Assembly: GCA_963674695.2 (NCBI GenBank)
Contig: CAXXGI010000003.1
Span: forward strand, 992,001-1,056,000
DNA: 64,000 bases
Direction of reading: 5' to 3'
Source: a bacterium
GTDB taxonomy: Bacteria; UBA10199; 2-02-FULL-44-16; JAAZCA01
The notes under the pieces are model-generated. The model saw nothing but the letters and a program-made list of their open reading frames with translations. It searched no databases and was not told the origin of the DNA. A program made the translations under genes and the position numbers. This document shows positions 49,365-58,604 of this stretch, one piece after another (the first letter of the stretch is position 1; each line of letters starts with the position of its first letter).

Positions 49365-50618
49365 ATGGGATTACATGAAGAGATGCTCGCGATCGGTCAG
49401 CAGGCGCTGGCGGCTTCGCGCGCGATCAACCTGCTCAGCACGGCGCAGAAAAATGCCATCCTCAATGGCATGGCCGACGGCATCATGGCCGATCGTGTGG
49501 CGATTCTTGAAGCGAATGCCGCCGATCTGAAGGCAGGAGAAGAGGCAGGGCTGTCGAGAGCCATGCTCGATCGCCTCGCGCTCGACGAGGCCCGTATCGA
49601 CGGTATTGCCAAAGGATTGAATGACGTCGCCGCCCTCCCCGATCCGGTGGGCGAGGAGATCGAGCGCAATGTTCGCCCCAACGGCCTCATCATCATGAAG
49701 CAGCGCGTGCCGATCGGCGTCATCGGCATGATCTATGAATCGCGTCCGAACGTCACCGCCGACACCGCGGGGCTCTGCCTCAAGTCTTCGAATGCGGTCA
49801 TTCTCCGCGGCGGCAAGGAGGCGATGCGATCCAATGCCGCGATCTGCGATGCGCTCGTCGCGGGCGGCATGAAGGCCGGGATGCCAAAAAACGCGGTGCA
49901 GCTCATCCGCACGACCGATCGCGATGCCGTTCGAGAGCTCGTGCAGCTCGAGGGCCTCGTCGATCTCGTCATTCCGCGCGGCGGCGAGTCGCTCGTCCGT
50001 GCCGTCACCGAACAGGCGCGCGTCCCCGTCATCAAGCACTACAAGGGCGTCTGCCACACCTATGTCGATGCCTCCGCCGACATCGACATGGCGCTGGCCA
50101 TCGCCAAAAACGCCAAGTGTCAGCGACCGGGCGTCTGCAACGCCATGGAGACGCTGCTCGTGCATGTCGACATCGCCGACGCCTTCCTGCCGAAACTCGC
50201 CGACCTTCTCATCCCACAGGGTGTCGAATTGAGGGGGGATGCAGCAACGCGTGCGATCATCGCCCAGGCAGTAGAGGCCTCAGAACAGGATTGGTCTGCG
50301 GAATATCTCGACCTGATCCTGGCGATCCGAGTCGTCGGTTCGGTTACGGAGGCCGTGGAACACATCAATCGATACGGGTCGAGGCACTCCGATGCGATCA
50401 TCGCAGCGGATACAGATTCCCAACGGATCTTCACCCAGAGGGTCGATTCCTCCTCCGTCTATGTCAATGCCTCGACCCGCTTCACCGACGGAGGGGAATT
50501 CGGCATGGGCGCGGAGATCGGCATCAGCACCGACAAACTCCATGCCCGCGGCCCGATGGGGCTCGAGGGACTGACCACCTACAAATATATCATTCTCGGC
50601 GAAGGACAGATCCGATGA
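49365..50618 (+). CDS. proA: gamma-glutamyl phosphate reductase
   Basis: YESRPNVT, RGGKEA, CNAME, NASTRFTDG, LHARGPMGL. Confidence 0.96.
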   Translation: MGLHEEMLAIGQQALAASRAINLLSTAQKNAILNGMADGIMADRVAILEANAADLKAGEEAGLSRAMLDRLALDEARIDGIAKGLNDVAALPDPVGEEIERNVRPNGLIIMKQRVPIGVIGMIYESRPNVTADTAGLCLKSSNAVILRGGKEAMRSNAAICDALVAGGMKAGMPKNAVQLIRTTDRDAVRELVQLEGLVDLVIPRGGESLVRAVTEQARVPVIKHYKGVCHTYVDASADIDMALAIAKNAKCQRPGVCNAMETLLVHVDIADAFLPKLADLLIPQGVELRGDAATRAIIAQAVEASEQDWSAEYLDLILAIRVVGSVTEAVEHINRYGSRHSDAIIAADTDSQRIFTQRVDSSSVYVNASTRFTDGGEFGMGAEIGISTDKLHARGPMGLEGLTTYKYIILGEGQIR

Positions 50619-51076
50619 AAGAACCAAAACCGATCGTCATCATCGGCGTTGGAAACTTCCTGATGGGGGATGAGGGCGCTGGCGTCCATGCGATCAAACG
50701 ACTCGAGCAGGAGTCCTGGCCCGATACGGTGGAACTCATCGATGGCGGAACGCCGGGAATGAACCTGATGTATATGATCGAAAACCGCCGACTCGCCGTT
50801 CTCATCGACTGCGCCGATTTCGGCGCCGAACCCGGTGCGATCGACGTCTTCGACCCCGACGATCTTAAGCGCGACGAACGCAGCGAGATCAGCCTGCACG
50901 CCACGGATCTCCTCTCCGCGCTGGAACTGGCCCGCCGTCTGGGACATTACCCCGAGGCCGTGCGCATCGTCGGCATCCAGCCGAAAGCAATCGCCATGAC
51001 GACGACGCTGAGCGATACGCTCACCGCAGCACTCGAAAAGCTCCCCGAAACGATTACTAAACTCATCACACTCTAG
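50615..51076 (+). CDS. hydrogenase maturation protease
   Basis: GVGNFLMGDEGAG, DGGT, SLH, GIQP; ATGA overlap with proA. Confidence 0.9.
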   Translation: MKEPKPIVIIGVGNFLMGDEGAGVHAIKRLEQESWPDTVELIDGGTPGMNLMYMIENRRLAVLIDCADFGAEPGAIDVFDPDDLKRDERSEISLHATDLLSALELARRLGHYPEAVRIVGIQPKAIAMTTTLSDTLTAALEKLPETITKLITL

Positions 51077-51227
51077 GGCGTGTCCTCATTTGACCATAAC
51101 CCCTTATAACAAAAGGGGGTCTTTGTTTTTGTCATCCCCGCGCAAGCGGGGATCTCGATTGACCCCTCATAAGCGAGATTCCCGCTTTCGCGGGAATGAC
51201 ACCTTACCAAATGAGGACGTGCCCTAG
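51073..51227. mobile_element. MITE-like element with 20-bp imperfect TIRs bounded by CTAG, enclosing REP copy 4
   Basis: ctagggcgtgtcctcatttg ... caaatgaggacgtgccctag (18/20 match). Confidence 0.6.
51131..51200. repeat. REP-like element copy 4
   Basis: gtcatccccgcgcaagcggggatctcg...cgagattcccgctttcgcgggaatgac. Confidence 0.85.
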
Positions 51228-51232
51228 GATAA

Positions 51233-51856
51233 TCAGCTTTTCTGCTTGAGGGCGATCTTGAGATCGGCCACGGCGGTGTTGACCGCATCGCAGACCGCGC
51301 GGGAGGAGATGGTGGCGCCGGTGATGGCGTCGATCGTGCCGCCGTCTTTCTGGACCTTCACCGGAGCCTTCTTGCCATCGAACTGCACCTGGAACCAGGG
51401 ACGCAACCCCTGTTCATCCGGGCTCGTTCCGGTGAGGATCGTCCACCAGGTCTTCTTCGAGAGGATCTCATCGACCTTGTCACCGAGACCAGGCGTCTCC
51501 TTCTGATAGAGCACCTTGATCCCCTGAAGGTCGAATTGTTTGTTCACGCCGGCCATAACCTGCAAAACGCTCGAATAGCCGGTGGCGTGTCCTTCGGCGA
51601 CATACCCAATGACCTCACTCCCCTTCTTCGCGATGCGATAGGTGAAGGGTTTGCCCTGTGCCGTCGCTTCTTTCACCTCGAAGTCAGTCGCCTCCGGCAT
51701 CACGATTTTGAGCGCGGCCTGCGTCCGCTCGGCCTGAATCGCGAGCTTCTTCGGGAGGGTCACCGCATAGAGCGCCGCGAGCGACGCCGCCGAGATGGCG
51801 GTGACGATCATGAGCACCAACGGAAAGCGAATCCAGTCAGGCAGTCCTTTTGCCAT
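51233..51856 (-). CDS. rnfG: Rnf complex subunit G
   Basis: ETPGLG; FMN site DAITGATISS. Confidence 0.92.
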   Translation of the reverse strand: MAKGLPDWIRFPLVLMIVTAISAASLAALYAVTLPKKLAIQAERTQAALKIVMPEATDFEVKEATAQGKPFTYRIAKKGSEVIGYVAEGHATGYSSVLQVMAGVNKQFDLQGIKVLYQKETPGLGDKVDEILSKKTWWTILTGTSPDEQGLRPWFQVQFDGKKAPVKVQKDGGTIDAITGATISSRAVCDAVNTAVADLKIALKQKS

Positions 51857-52901
51857 GAGAAACAGCTCCAAAAAAGCGCGGTACGGTTATGCGATCGATC
51901 AACCAGACCGCGGTATTCATCAAGAGGATTGAATAGCAGACCCCCTCAGGGTATCCGCCGTAGAGACGAATGATCGCCACCAGCACGCCACAGCCAACTC
52001 CATAGAAGACCTGCCCCTTCGAAGTGAGGGGGCTCGTCACCATGTCGGTCGCCATGAAGAAGGCACCGAGCATCAGACCGCCGGCGAAGGCCTGCGCGAC
52101 CGAACGCATGACGACCATCATCGGATCGGCCCAGAAACCGGCCTGCCAAAACCCAACGATCCGACCGCCGTCCGATATCGGCAACAGCACGACGAGGACC
52201 ATCACGGTAGCGATATAGGCAAACGGCAGGCGCCAGTTGATATAGCCCTTCCCGATGAGGTAGAGCGCACCGAGACCGAGGGCAACCACCGACGTCTCGC
52301 CGAGCGAACCCGGGACCCGCCCCAAGACCAATTCGGTGAGCGAATAGTGTTCGAAAAAGAGCGTCGGATTGGCCTTGAGCACCGCCAGCGGCGTGGCCTT
52401 CGTGACCGCATCGACGGTGAGAATATTTCCGATCCAGGGCATCTTGAGGATCGGCCACTTGGTCATGACGATCGCACCGGAATAGGCCGCGAGCAAAAAG
52501 GCGCGTCCGGCCAGCGCCGGGTTCCAGATGTTGCACCCCAGGCCACCGAAGGCATGCTTGGCAATGCCGATCGCAAAGACCGAACCGATCACCGGAACGT
52601 ACAGCGCAACGTTCGGGGGAAGACAGTAGGCCAAGAGCATCCCCGTCAGGACCGCGGAACCATCGCCGACGGTGATGGGAACGCCGCGAAAACGTTGAAT
52701 GGCCGCCTCGCTCAACACCGCTGCGAGCACGGAGACGAGCACCACGGCCAAAGCATAGAACCCGAAGTTGAGCACCGCGACGATGAGCTGCGGCACGAGC
52801 GCGATCACCACGCTCCACATGATGCGCGAAATGGAATCGGACGTGCCCAAATGCGGCGCCGGCCCGACGACCAGTTTATTTGGAAAAAGTGTCTCTGCCA
52901 T
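51837..52901 (-). CDS. rnfD: Rnf complex subunit D
   Basis: FGGLGCNIWNPA; FMN site TKATPL; MATDMVTSP; YPEG. Confidence 0.93.
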   Translation of the reverse strand: MAETLFPNKLVVGPAPHLGTSDSISRIMWSVVIALVPQLIVAVLNFGFYALAVVLVSVLAAVLSEAAIQRFRGVPITVGDGSAVLTGMLLAYCLPPNVALYVPVIGSVFAIGIAKHAFGGLGCNIWNPALAGRAFLLAAYSGAIVMTKWPILKMPWIGNILTVDAVTKATPLAVLKANPTLFFEHYSLTELVLGRVPGSLGETSVVALGLGALYLIGKGYINWRLPFAYIATVMVLVVLLPISDGGRIVGFWQAGFWADPMMVVMRSVAQAFAGGLMLGAFFMATDMVTSPLTSKGQVFYGVGCGVLVAIIRLYGGYPEGVCYSILLMNTAVWLIDRITVPRFFGAVSHGKRTA

Positions 52902-52908
52902 AAAAGTC

Positions 52909-53009
52909 CGTGACTCGTAATTCGTGACTCGTAACTGGCAACTCGAAAACCATAACCCGTGACCCGGAAAACCTGAAATTGATTCCCTCATTACGAGTTA
53001 CGAGTTACG
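52909..53009. repeat. 7-mer tract (CTCGTRA-like) followed by reverse complement TTACGAG
   Basis: Direct reading between rnfC and rnfD. Confidence 0.8.
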
Positions 53010-54336
53010 TCTTCTCTTTATGTTTCTGCTCCGCCTTCCAGGCCGCCAGTTCCGCCTTGGCGCGTTTGACATAGTGCACGATCGGCCGCTGCGACGGGCA
53101 CGCAAAGGTACAGGTGCCGCACTCCATGCAGTCGAGCACGTGCAGGTGTTCATATTTTTCGACCTCGCCCGCCTCGATCGCCGCGACCATCTCGGCGGCC
53201 ATCCCGCGCAGCGGACAGACTTCGATGCATTTTCCGCAGCGCAGACAGGGCCCGGGCAGATAGCGTGGAATCTTCGTCAACGCCAGCACCCCGCTGGTCC
53301 CCTTCACCACCGGGATGTCGGGATCGGGGACGGCGATCCCCATCATCGGGCCACCGAGGATCAGCTTTTTGGTCTTCGGGCTCACGCCTTGACGCACGAG
53401 CAGATCCCGAATCGAGGTTCCCAGCGGGACGATCAGGTTGGCCGGGCGTTCGATCCCTTCGCCGGTCACCGTCACCGGACGCGCGATCAGCGGCATCGAT
53501 TTCGACACCGCCTCGAAGATCGCATGCGCGGTGGCGACATTGTGAACGACAACGCCCACATCGAGCGGCAAACGCCCGGGCGGAACCTCGCGGCCGGCGA
53601 GCGCATCGATGAGCTGTTTCTCCGCGCCCTGCGGATATTTGACCGTGAGGAGCGAAACCGAAATGCCCGCGTCATCCTTGGTCGCCGCAACCATCGCCTC
53701 ATAGGCATCGGGCTTATTCGCCTCGATACCGATGATGGCGCGCTCGACCCCCAACGCCTTCATGATGAGGCGCAGACCCGCGACGACATCGCCCGCGCGC
53801 TCGAGCATCAACCGGTGATCGCAGGTGAGATACGGCTCACACTCCACCCCATTGAGCAGGACCAGGTCGATCGGCCGATCATCAGGGGGAGAGAGTTTGA
53901 CGTGCGTGGGAAAAGCCGCGCCGCCCATGCCGACGATCCCGGCATCGCGCACGATTGCCTTGATCTGCTTCGGAGAGACATTCGTCACATCGCGCGCCTC
54001 GCCAACGCCCTCGGCCAGGCGATCCTCGCCATCGTTTTCGATGATGATGTGATCGCAGACCTTTCCGAGCGGCGTTGTGCGCTGCTCGATCGCCTTCACC
54101 TTCCCGGAGACGGAGGCATGCACCGGCACCGAGACGAAGCCATTGGCCTCGGCGATGACTTGTCCCTTGGCCACGACATCGCCGACCGCGACGATGGTCT
54201 TGGCCGGTGCCCCGATGTGCTGGGAGACGGGCAAGACCACCAGCTCCGGCGCCTCGACGCGCTCGAGCGCCATCTTCTCCGAGAGCTGCTTCATCTCGGG
54301 GGGATGCACACCACCTGTTCGAAATGTCTTCATCAT
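53005..54336 (-). CDS. rnfC: Rnf complex subunit C
   Basis: GMGGAAFPT, ECEPYLT, GGPMMG, two ferredoxin motifs. Confidence 0.95.
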   Translation of the reverse strand: MMKTFRTGGVHPPEMKQLSEKMALERVEAPELVVLPVSQHIGAPAKTIVAVGDVVAKGQVIAEANGFVSVPVHASVSGKVKAIEQRTTPLGKVCDHIIIENDGEDRLAEGVGEARDVTNVSPKQIKAIVRDAGIVGMGGAAFPTHVKLSPPDDRPIDLVLLNGVECEPYLTCDHRLMLERAGDVVAGLRLIMKALGVERAIIGIEANKPDAYEAMVAATKDDAGISVSLLTVKYPQGAEKQLIDALAGREVPPGRLPLDVGVVVHNVATAHAIFEAVSKSMPLIARPVTVTGEGIERPANLIVPLGTSIRDLLVRQGVSPKTKKLILGGPMMGIAVPDPDIPVVKGTSGVLALTKIPRYLPGPCLRCGKCIEVCPLRGMAAEMVAAIEAGEVEKYEHLHVLDCMECGTCTFACPSQRPIVHYVKRAKAELAAWKAEQKHKEKT

Positions 54337-54348
54337 AAGACCACTATT

Positions 54349-54427
54349 CGTGAACCGTAAACCGTGAACCGTGAACAGTAAGCAAAATCGTGTTAATCTT
54401 CACCGTTCACCGTTCACCGTTTTCACC
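54349..54427. repeat. 7-mer tract CCGTGAA followed by TTCACCG; the latter encodes the RnfB C-terminus
   Basis: Direct reading. Confidence 0.8.
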
Positions 54428-55230
54428 GGCCATATTCCCAGCTTCTTTCGCATCGGCCGATAGTTGATAATGGTTCCGGTCGGGCACTCCTTCACACACT
54501 TCCCGCAGGAGGTGCACTTTTCATAGTCGAAGATCGCAATGTTATTCTCGATGCGCACCGCATCAAATGGGCAGACCTTCTCGCACTTCTTGCAGCCGAT
54601 GCACCCGACCGCACAGGCCTTGCGCGTGACCGCGCCCTTATCACGAGAGACGCAGCGCACATGGACGAGCTTGCCCAGGGGGATCAAGTCGAAGAGTCCC
54701 TTCGGGCACGCCTTCACACACTTCCCGCACGCGGTGCACTTGGCCTCATCGACGACCGGAAACCCATCGACCATGTGCAAGGCATCGAAGGGACAGACAT
54801 CCGCGCAATCGCCAAATCCGATACAGCCGTAGGTGCAGAGCTTCGGCCCGCCCTGAAGGAGGTTCGCGGCAAAGCAGGTGCGCACGCCCTCATAGATATA
54901 GCGATCCTCGACATCGCGCCCGTTGCAATGCAGCACGGCAACCTCTTTATCCGTCTGCGCCGCCTCCACGCCCATCACATCGGCGATGAGGTCTGCCACG
55001 CTCTGCCCACCCGGAATGCAGGCGGTCACCTCAGCCGAGCCGTGAACGATCGCCTTCGCGAGCGCCCCGCATCCGCCCAGACCACACGCGCCGCAGTTCG
55101 ACCCGGGCAGCGCATGCTCGATGCGAGAGATGCGCGCGTCGATGTGCACGCGAAAGACGCGCGAAGCGACATAGAGCCCCAACCCAAAGAGGAGCCCCAA
55201 AAAACCCAGAATGAGAAGCGGTGGGAACAT
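54400..55230 (-). CDS. rnfB: Rnf complex subunit B
   Basis: N-terminal TM helix, LPGSNCGACG, polyferredoxin motifs. Confidence 0.92.
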   Translation of the reverse strand: MFPPLLILGFLGLLFGLGLYVASRVFRVHIDARISRIEHALPGSNCGACGLGGCGALAKAIVHGSAEVTACIPGGQSVADLIADVMGVEAAQTDKEVAVLHCNGRDVEDRYIYEGVRTCFAANLLQGGPKLCTYGCIGFGDCADVCPFDALHMVDGFPVVDEAKCTACGKCVKACPKGLFDLIPLGKLVHVRCVSRDKGAVTRKACAVGCIGCKKCEKVCPFDAVRIENNIAIFDYEKCTSCGKCVKECPTGTIINYRPMRKKLGIWPVKTVNGER

Positions 55231-55236
55231 AAAATC

Positions 55237-55325
55237 CGTAACTCGTAACTCGTGACTCGTAACTCGTAACTCGTAACTCGTGACTCGTAACTCGTGACTC
55301 GTGACTCGTGACTCGTAACTCGTAA
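55237..55325. repeat. 7-mer tandem repeat (CGTRACT) x12
   Basis: Twelve contiguous units directly upstream of the rnfB ATG. Confidence 0.95.
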
Positions 55326-55338
55326 AACCGAAGATCGT

Positions 55339-55416
55339 GTCGCCGCGAGGGGGAATCATCTGCGTCTGGAACAAGCTTCATCTGTGAAGATGCAGATGAT
55401 TCCCCCGGAAGGCGAC
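55339..55416. repeat. ~80-nt structured hairpin element, second full copy
   Basis: Same loop as 37913, with compensatory stem changes. Confidence 0.85.
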
Positions 55417-55427
55417 CTGGTCGCTTG

Positions 55428-56078
55428 TCATTCGTGTCCCAGGCCGGCAAAGCCCATGAAGGCCAGCGCCATGAGCGCCGCACAGATAAAGGCAATCGGT
55501 GCTCCCTTGAGCGCCGGCGGAACATCCGTTCGGTCGAGCCGCTCACGGATGCCGCTCATGAGGAGAATCACCAGCATAAAGCCAGCGCCCCCGCCGAACC
55601 CCTGCAACACGGTCTTGGCAAAGCTCTCGCCCGGATCGTGCAGCATGCCGAAATCTTTAATATTCAAAAGCGCCACGCCCATCACGGCGCAGTTGGTCGT
55701 AATCAGCGGCAAGTAAATCCCAAGCGCATCGTAGAGCGGCGGGACAACCTTCATGAGAAACATTTCGACGAGCTGCACGAGCGTCGCAATCACCAGGATG
55801 AAGACGACGGTCGTCAGGAACGTATAGTCGTGTGAGGCGACGTCGCCGCCGAACCAACGAAAGAAGAGGTTCGACTCGGTCGGGGCGAGCAACCAGTGGT
55901 TGACCACCCACGTCACGGCGGAAGCCATGGTCATCACGAAGATGACCGCGGCGCCCATACCGATCGACTGGCTGATCCGCTTCGAGACACCGATGAACGG
56001 GCACAAGCCCAAAAACTTCGCGAGGACGAAGTTATTGACCAGGACGATCGAGATAAAGAGAAGGATGTAGTCGCTCAT
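55428..56078 (-). CDS. rnfA: Rnf complex subunit A
   Basis: NNFVLAKFLGLCPF, LPLITTNCAV. Confidence 0.94.
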   Translation of the reverse strand: MSDYILLFISIVLVNNFVLAKFLGLCPFIGVSKRISQSIGMGAAVIFVMTMASAVTWVVNHWLLAPTESNLFFRWFGGDVASHDYTFLTTVVFILVIATLVQLVEMFLMKVVPPLYDALGIYLPLITTNCAVMGVALLNIKDFGMLHDPGESFAKTVLQGFGGGAGFMLVILLMSGIRERLDRTDVPPALKGAPIAFICAALMALAFMGFAGLGHE

Positions 56079-56085
56079 ATGTTCG

Positions 56086-56216
56086 TTAGATCGTGAGATA
56101 GCTAAATAGCTTGATCGCTTAATCGTTCGTGAGATCGTGAGATCGCTAAATGGTGAGATGGCTAAAACCTATTTATGATCGAGCTATCTCACGATTGAGC
56201 CATTCAGCTATTCAGC
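56086..56216. repeat. degenerate 8-mer tract (GAGATCGT/AAATRGCT-like) plus reverse-complement copies
   Basis: Direct reading between rnfE and rnfA. Confidence 0.7.
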
Positions 56217-56849
56217 CAGCAGTGCCAATGACTTGACGCGCTGCGCCTCCTGCTTGCGTGTGCGCCACCAGTTGATGAATCCGATGATCAGCCCGATCAC
56301 GACGAACGCGCCCGGTGCCATCACCATGACCGCCGCGGGTTCAATGGTTCCGCCTGGGGAATAGAAGCTCCCGATCGTAATACCCCAAATCCGCCCGGAG
56401 CCGGTCACCTCTCGAATGAACGAGATGATGAGCAGCGCTATCGTAAATCCCGCGCCCATGCCGAGGGCATCGAGAATCGATGGCAAAAACCGATTGCGCG
56501 AAGCGAATGCCTCGGCGCGCCCCAAAATGATGCAGTTGACGACGATGAGCGGGATGAAGATGCCCAGCGAATCACCCAGCGCGGGGAGATAGGCCGCCAT
56601 CACCATCTCGACGATCGAAACAAATGTCGCAATCACGACGATAAAACAGGGGATGCGAATCTTCGAGGGGATGAAGCGATTGGTGAGCGAAATGATGCTG
56701 TTCGATCCCAACAGGACGAAGGTCGCCGCGACCCCCATGCCGACGGCATTTTGCAGCGAGACCGAAACGGCCAAAAAGGGACAGAGCCCCAGCATCAGGA
56801 CGAAGATGGGATTTTCCCGGAAGAGGCCTTTTGCAAATTCACGCAGCAT
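56208..56849 (-). CDS. rnfE: Rnf complex subunit E
   Basis: ENPIFVLMLGLCP, PLIVVNCIILGRAEAFA, APGAF. Confidence 0.94.
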   Translation of the reverse strand: MLREFAKGLFRENPIFVLMLGLCPFLAVSVSLQNAVGMGVAATFVLLGSNSIISLTNRFIPSKIRIPCFIVVIATFVSIVEMVMAAYLPALGDSLGIFIPLIVVNCIILGRAEAFASRNRFLPSILDALGMGAGFTIALLIISFIREVTGSGRIWGITIGSFYSPGGTIEPAAVMVMAPGAFVVIGLIIGFINWWRTRKQEAQRVKSLALLAE

Positions 56850-56933
56850 CGTTGTCCTGCTTCTTCTGTTCGAGGAGATGGACTGAAATTCCCCTGAATG
56901 AGGCATGCGGTATTACAGGAATGACGATGGATA

Positions 56934-58001
56934 TCAAGTACTTTCCGGGATTTTCGGGCCGGAACCAAACAGGTGCACGCGATCGGCCCAGTCCTTTGTG
57001 AACGTGAGCTTGGGCATGAGGTCAGGCGAAACCCAGACTTCCATGCCTGTTTCCGTCTGCTCGATGAGGACCGCCTCAAACCCCGAAAGCCGCTGCACGA
57101 TTTCAACTCCCTTGTGCAACCCCAGGACCATCACCGCCGTGGCCAGCGCATCGGCATCGGCGCCGTTGCCGCCCACGATCGTGGCGCTGAGCAGATGATT
57201 CGACACCGGCCGCCCCGTTCGCGGATCGATGATATGCGGATAGCGTTTCCCCTCGATCTCGGAATAGCGACGATAGGTTCCAGAGGTGACCACCGCCCCC
57301 CCATCGATCGTGACCCGCGCGACGAGCGCATTCCCCTCCTGTGTCGGGTCCTGAATGCCGAAGGCAAACGACTCGCTGCCGAAGGCATAGGCATCGCCGC
57401 CAGCCTCGATCAACCCCCCCGCAACGCCGCGATCCTTGAGGACGGCTATCGCCGCATCGACGATAAACCCCTTGGCGATCGCGCCGAAATCGAGCGACAT
57501 CCCCTTGTGGGGCAAGAGGATCTTACCGCTGTTGCTCACAAGCACGTGTTTCATCCCGACGAGCTCTCGCGCCTGCGCAATGGCCACATCGGAGGGAAGC
57601 ACCTGGGTCTTGGCCGCTTCTTTCCAGAGTTCGACGAGCGGTCCAATTGTCGGATCGAACGCCCCATCGCTCTCCGACGACCAGTGCCTCGAGAGCACGA
57701 CCATGCGCTCCATCGTGGCACTCATGGCCATCGGCGCCCCGCCCGCATCGGCGTTGATGCGGCTGATCTCACTCGTCTCGCGATGCCGATCGAAGACCTT
57801 CTCCAACTCGGCCACGCGCGCCTCGACCGCGCTCACATCCTCGTCGAACTCGAAGAGATTGCGCCCATAGACCACGATCTTCGTGGGAATGCCCCCCATG
57901 GGATAGATCGTCGCATCATACCGCCGCGGCCGCAAAACGATGATCGCCGCCGCAATGACAACGACCACCACGAGAATGATGAAGGTCTTGAGATGTTTCA
58001 T
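56934..58001 (-). CDS. apbE: FAD:protein FMN transferase
   Basis: FDPTIG, DFGAIAKG, VTSG, HIIDPRTG, DADALAT. Confidence 0.93.
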   Translation of the reverse strand: MKHLKTFIILVVVVVIAAAIIVLRPRRYDATIYPMGGIPTKIVVYGRNLFEFDEDVSAVEARVAELEKVFDRHRETSEISRINADAGGAPMAMSATMERMVVLSRHWSSESDGAFDPTIGPLVELWKEAAKTQVLPSDVAIAQARELVGMKHVLVSNSGKILLPHKGMSLDFGAIAKGFIVDAAIAVLKDRGVAGGLIEAGGDAYAFGSESFAFGIQDPTQEGNALVARVTIDGGAVVTSGTYRRYSEIEGKRYPHIIDPRTGRPVSNHLLSATIVGGNGADADALATAVMVLGLHKGVEIVQRLSGFEAVLIEQTETGMEVWVSPDLMPKLTFTKDWADRVHLFGSGPKIPEST

Positions 58002-58017
58002 GATTCCTCCGAAAATC

Positions 58018-58050
58018 CGTGACTCGTGACTCGTGACTCGTGACTCGTAA
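58018..58050. repeat. 7-mer tandem repeat (CGTGACT) x4
   Basis: Direct reading; followed by a fragment of the hairpin element right arm (tttccccgggaggcgg). Confidence 0.9.
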
Positions 58051-58165
58051 GAACGTTTTCCCCGGGAGGCGGCCTTGAAATCGGTGACCCGTAAATCTCT
58101 CCTTGATCGATGATTGTCAACACACTATAGGGCGAGCCTCATTCAAACACAACGCGGGAGTACAT

Positions 58166-58555
58166 ATGCATGAGATGGCCATCGGAGAGACGATCCTCAA
58201 GGTAATCGACGAACAGGCACAGAAGAACCACTTCACGGTCGTGCGCAGCGCCACGCTCCGGCTCGGCCGGATGAACGCCTTCGAGCGCAAGAACCTCGAG
58301 CTCTGCCTGAAGACCTACAAGGAGGGCGTCTTCGCCCAGACCCGCTTCGACATCGAAGCCGTTCCGGTCGGCCTTGAGTGCCCTTCCTGCGCCCATCAGT
58401 ATGAAGATGAACGCTTCGACGATTTCGACTTCGCCCACCGCACCGCCCACGCCCCGGGGCTCTATGTCCCCCCCGCCTGCCCCAAGTGCGGCACCAAAGG
58501 CGCCACGATCGTCTCCGGCCAGGAAATGGAACTGGTCTCGATCGAAGGGGAATAG
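58166..58555 (+). CDS. hypA: hydrogenase nickel metallochaperone
   Basis: MHE N-terminus, CPSC and CPKC, GQEMELVSIE; GGAG RBS. Confidence 0.9.
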   Translation: MHEMAIGETILKVIDEQAQKNHFTVVRSATLRLGRMNAFERKNLELCLKTYKEGVFAQTRFDIEAVPVGLECPSCAHQYEDERFDDFDFAHRTAHAPGLYVPPACPKCGTKGATIVSGQEMELVSIEGE

Positions 58556-58559
58556 TGCT

Positions 58560-58594
58560 GTTCGATGGTTCGATAGTTCGTCGGTTCGATGGTT
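58560..58594. repeat. 8-mer tract (GGTTCGAT-like)
   Basis: gttcgatggttcgatagttcgtcggttcgatggtt. Confidence 0.8.
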
Positions 58595-58604
58595 TTCGTA
58601 CCGT

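Noticed and set aside
55237-55325. Possible CRISPR array
   Set aside because: Contiguous 7-nt units with no spacers, and no cas genes in the window
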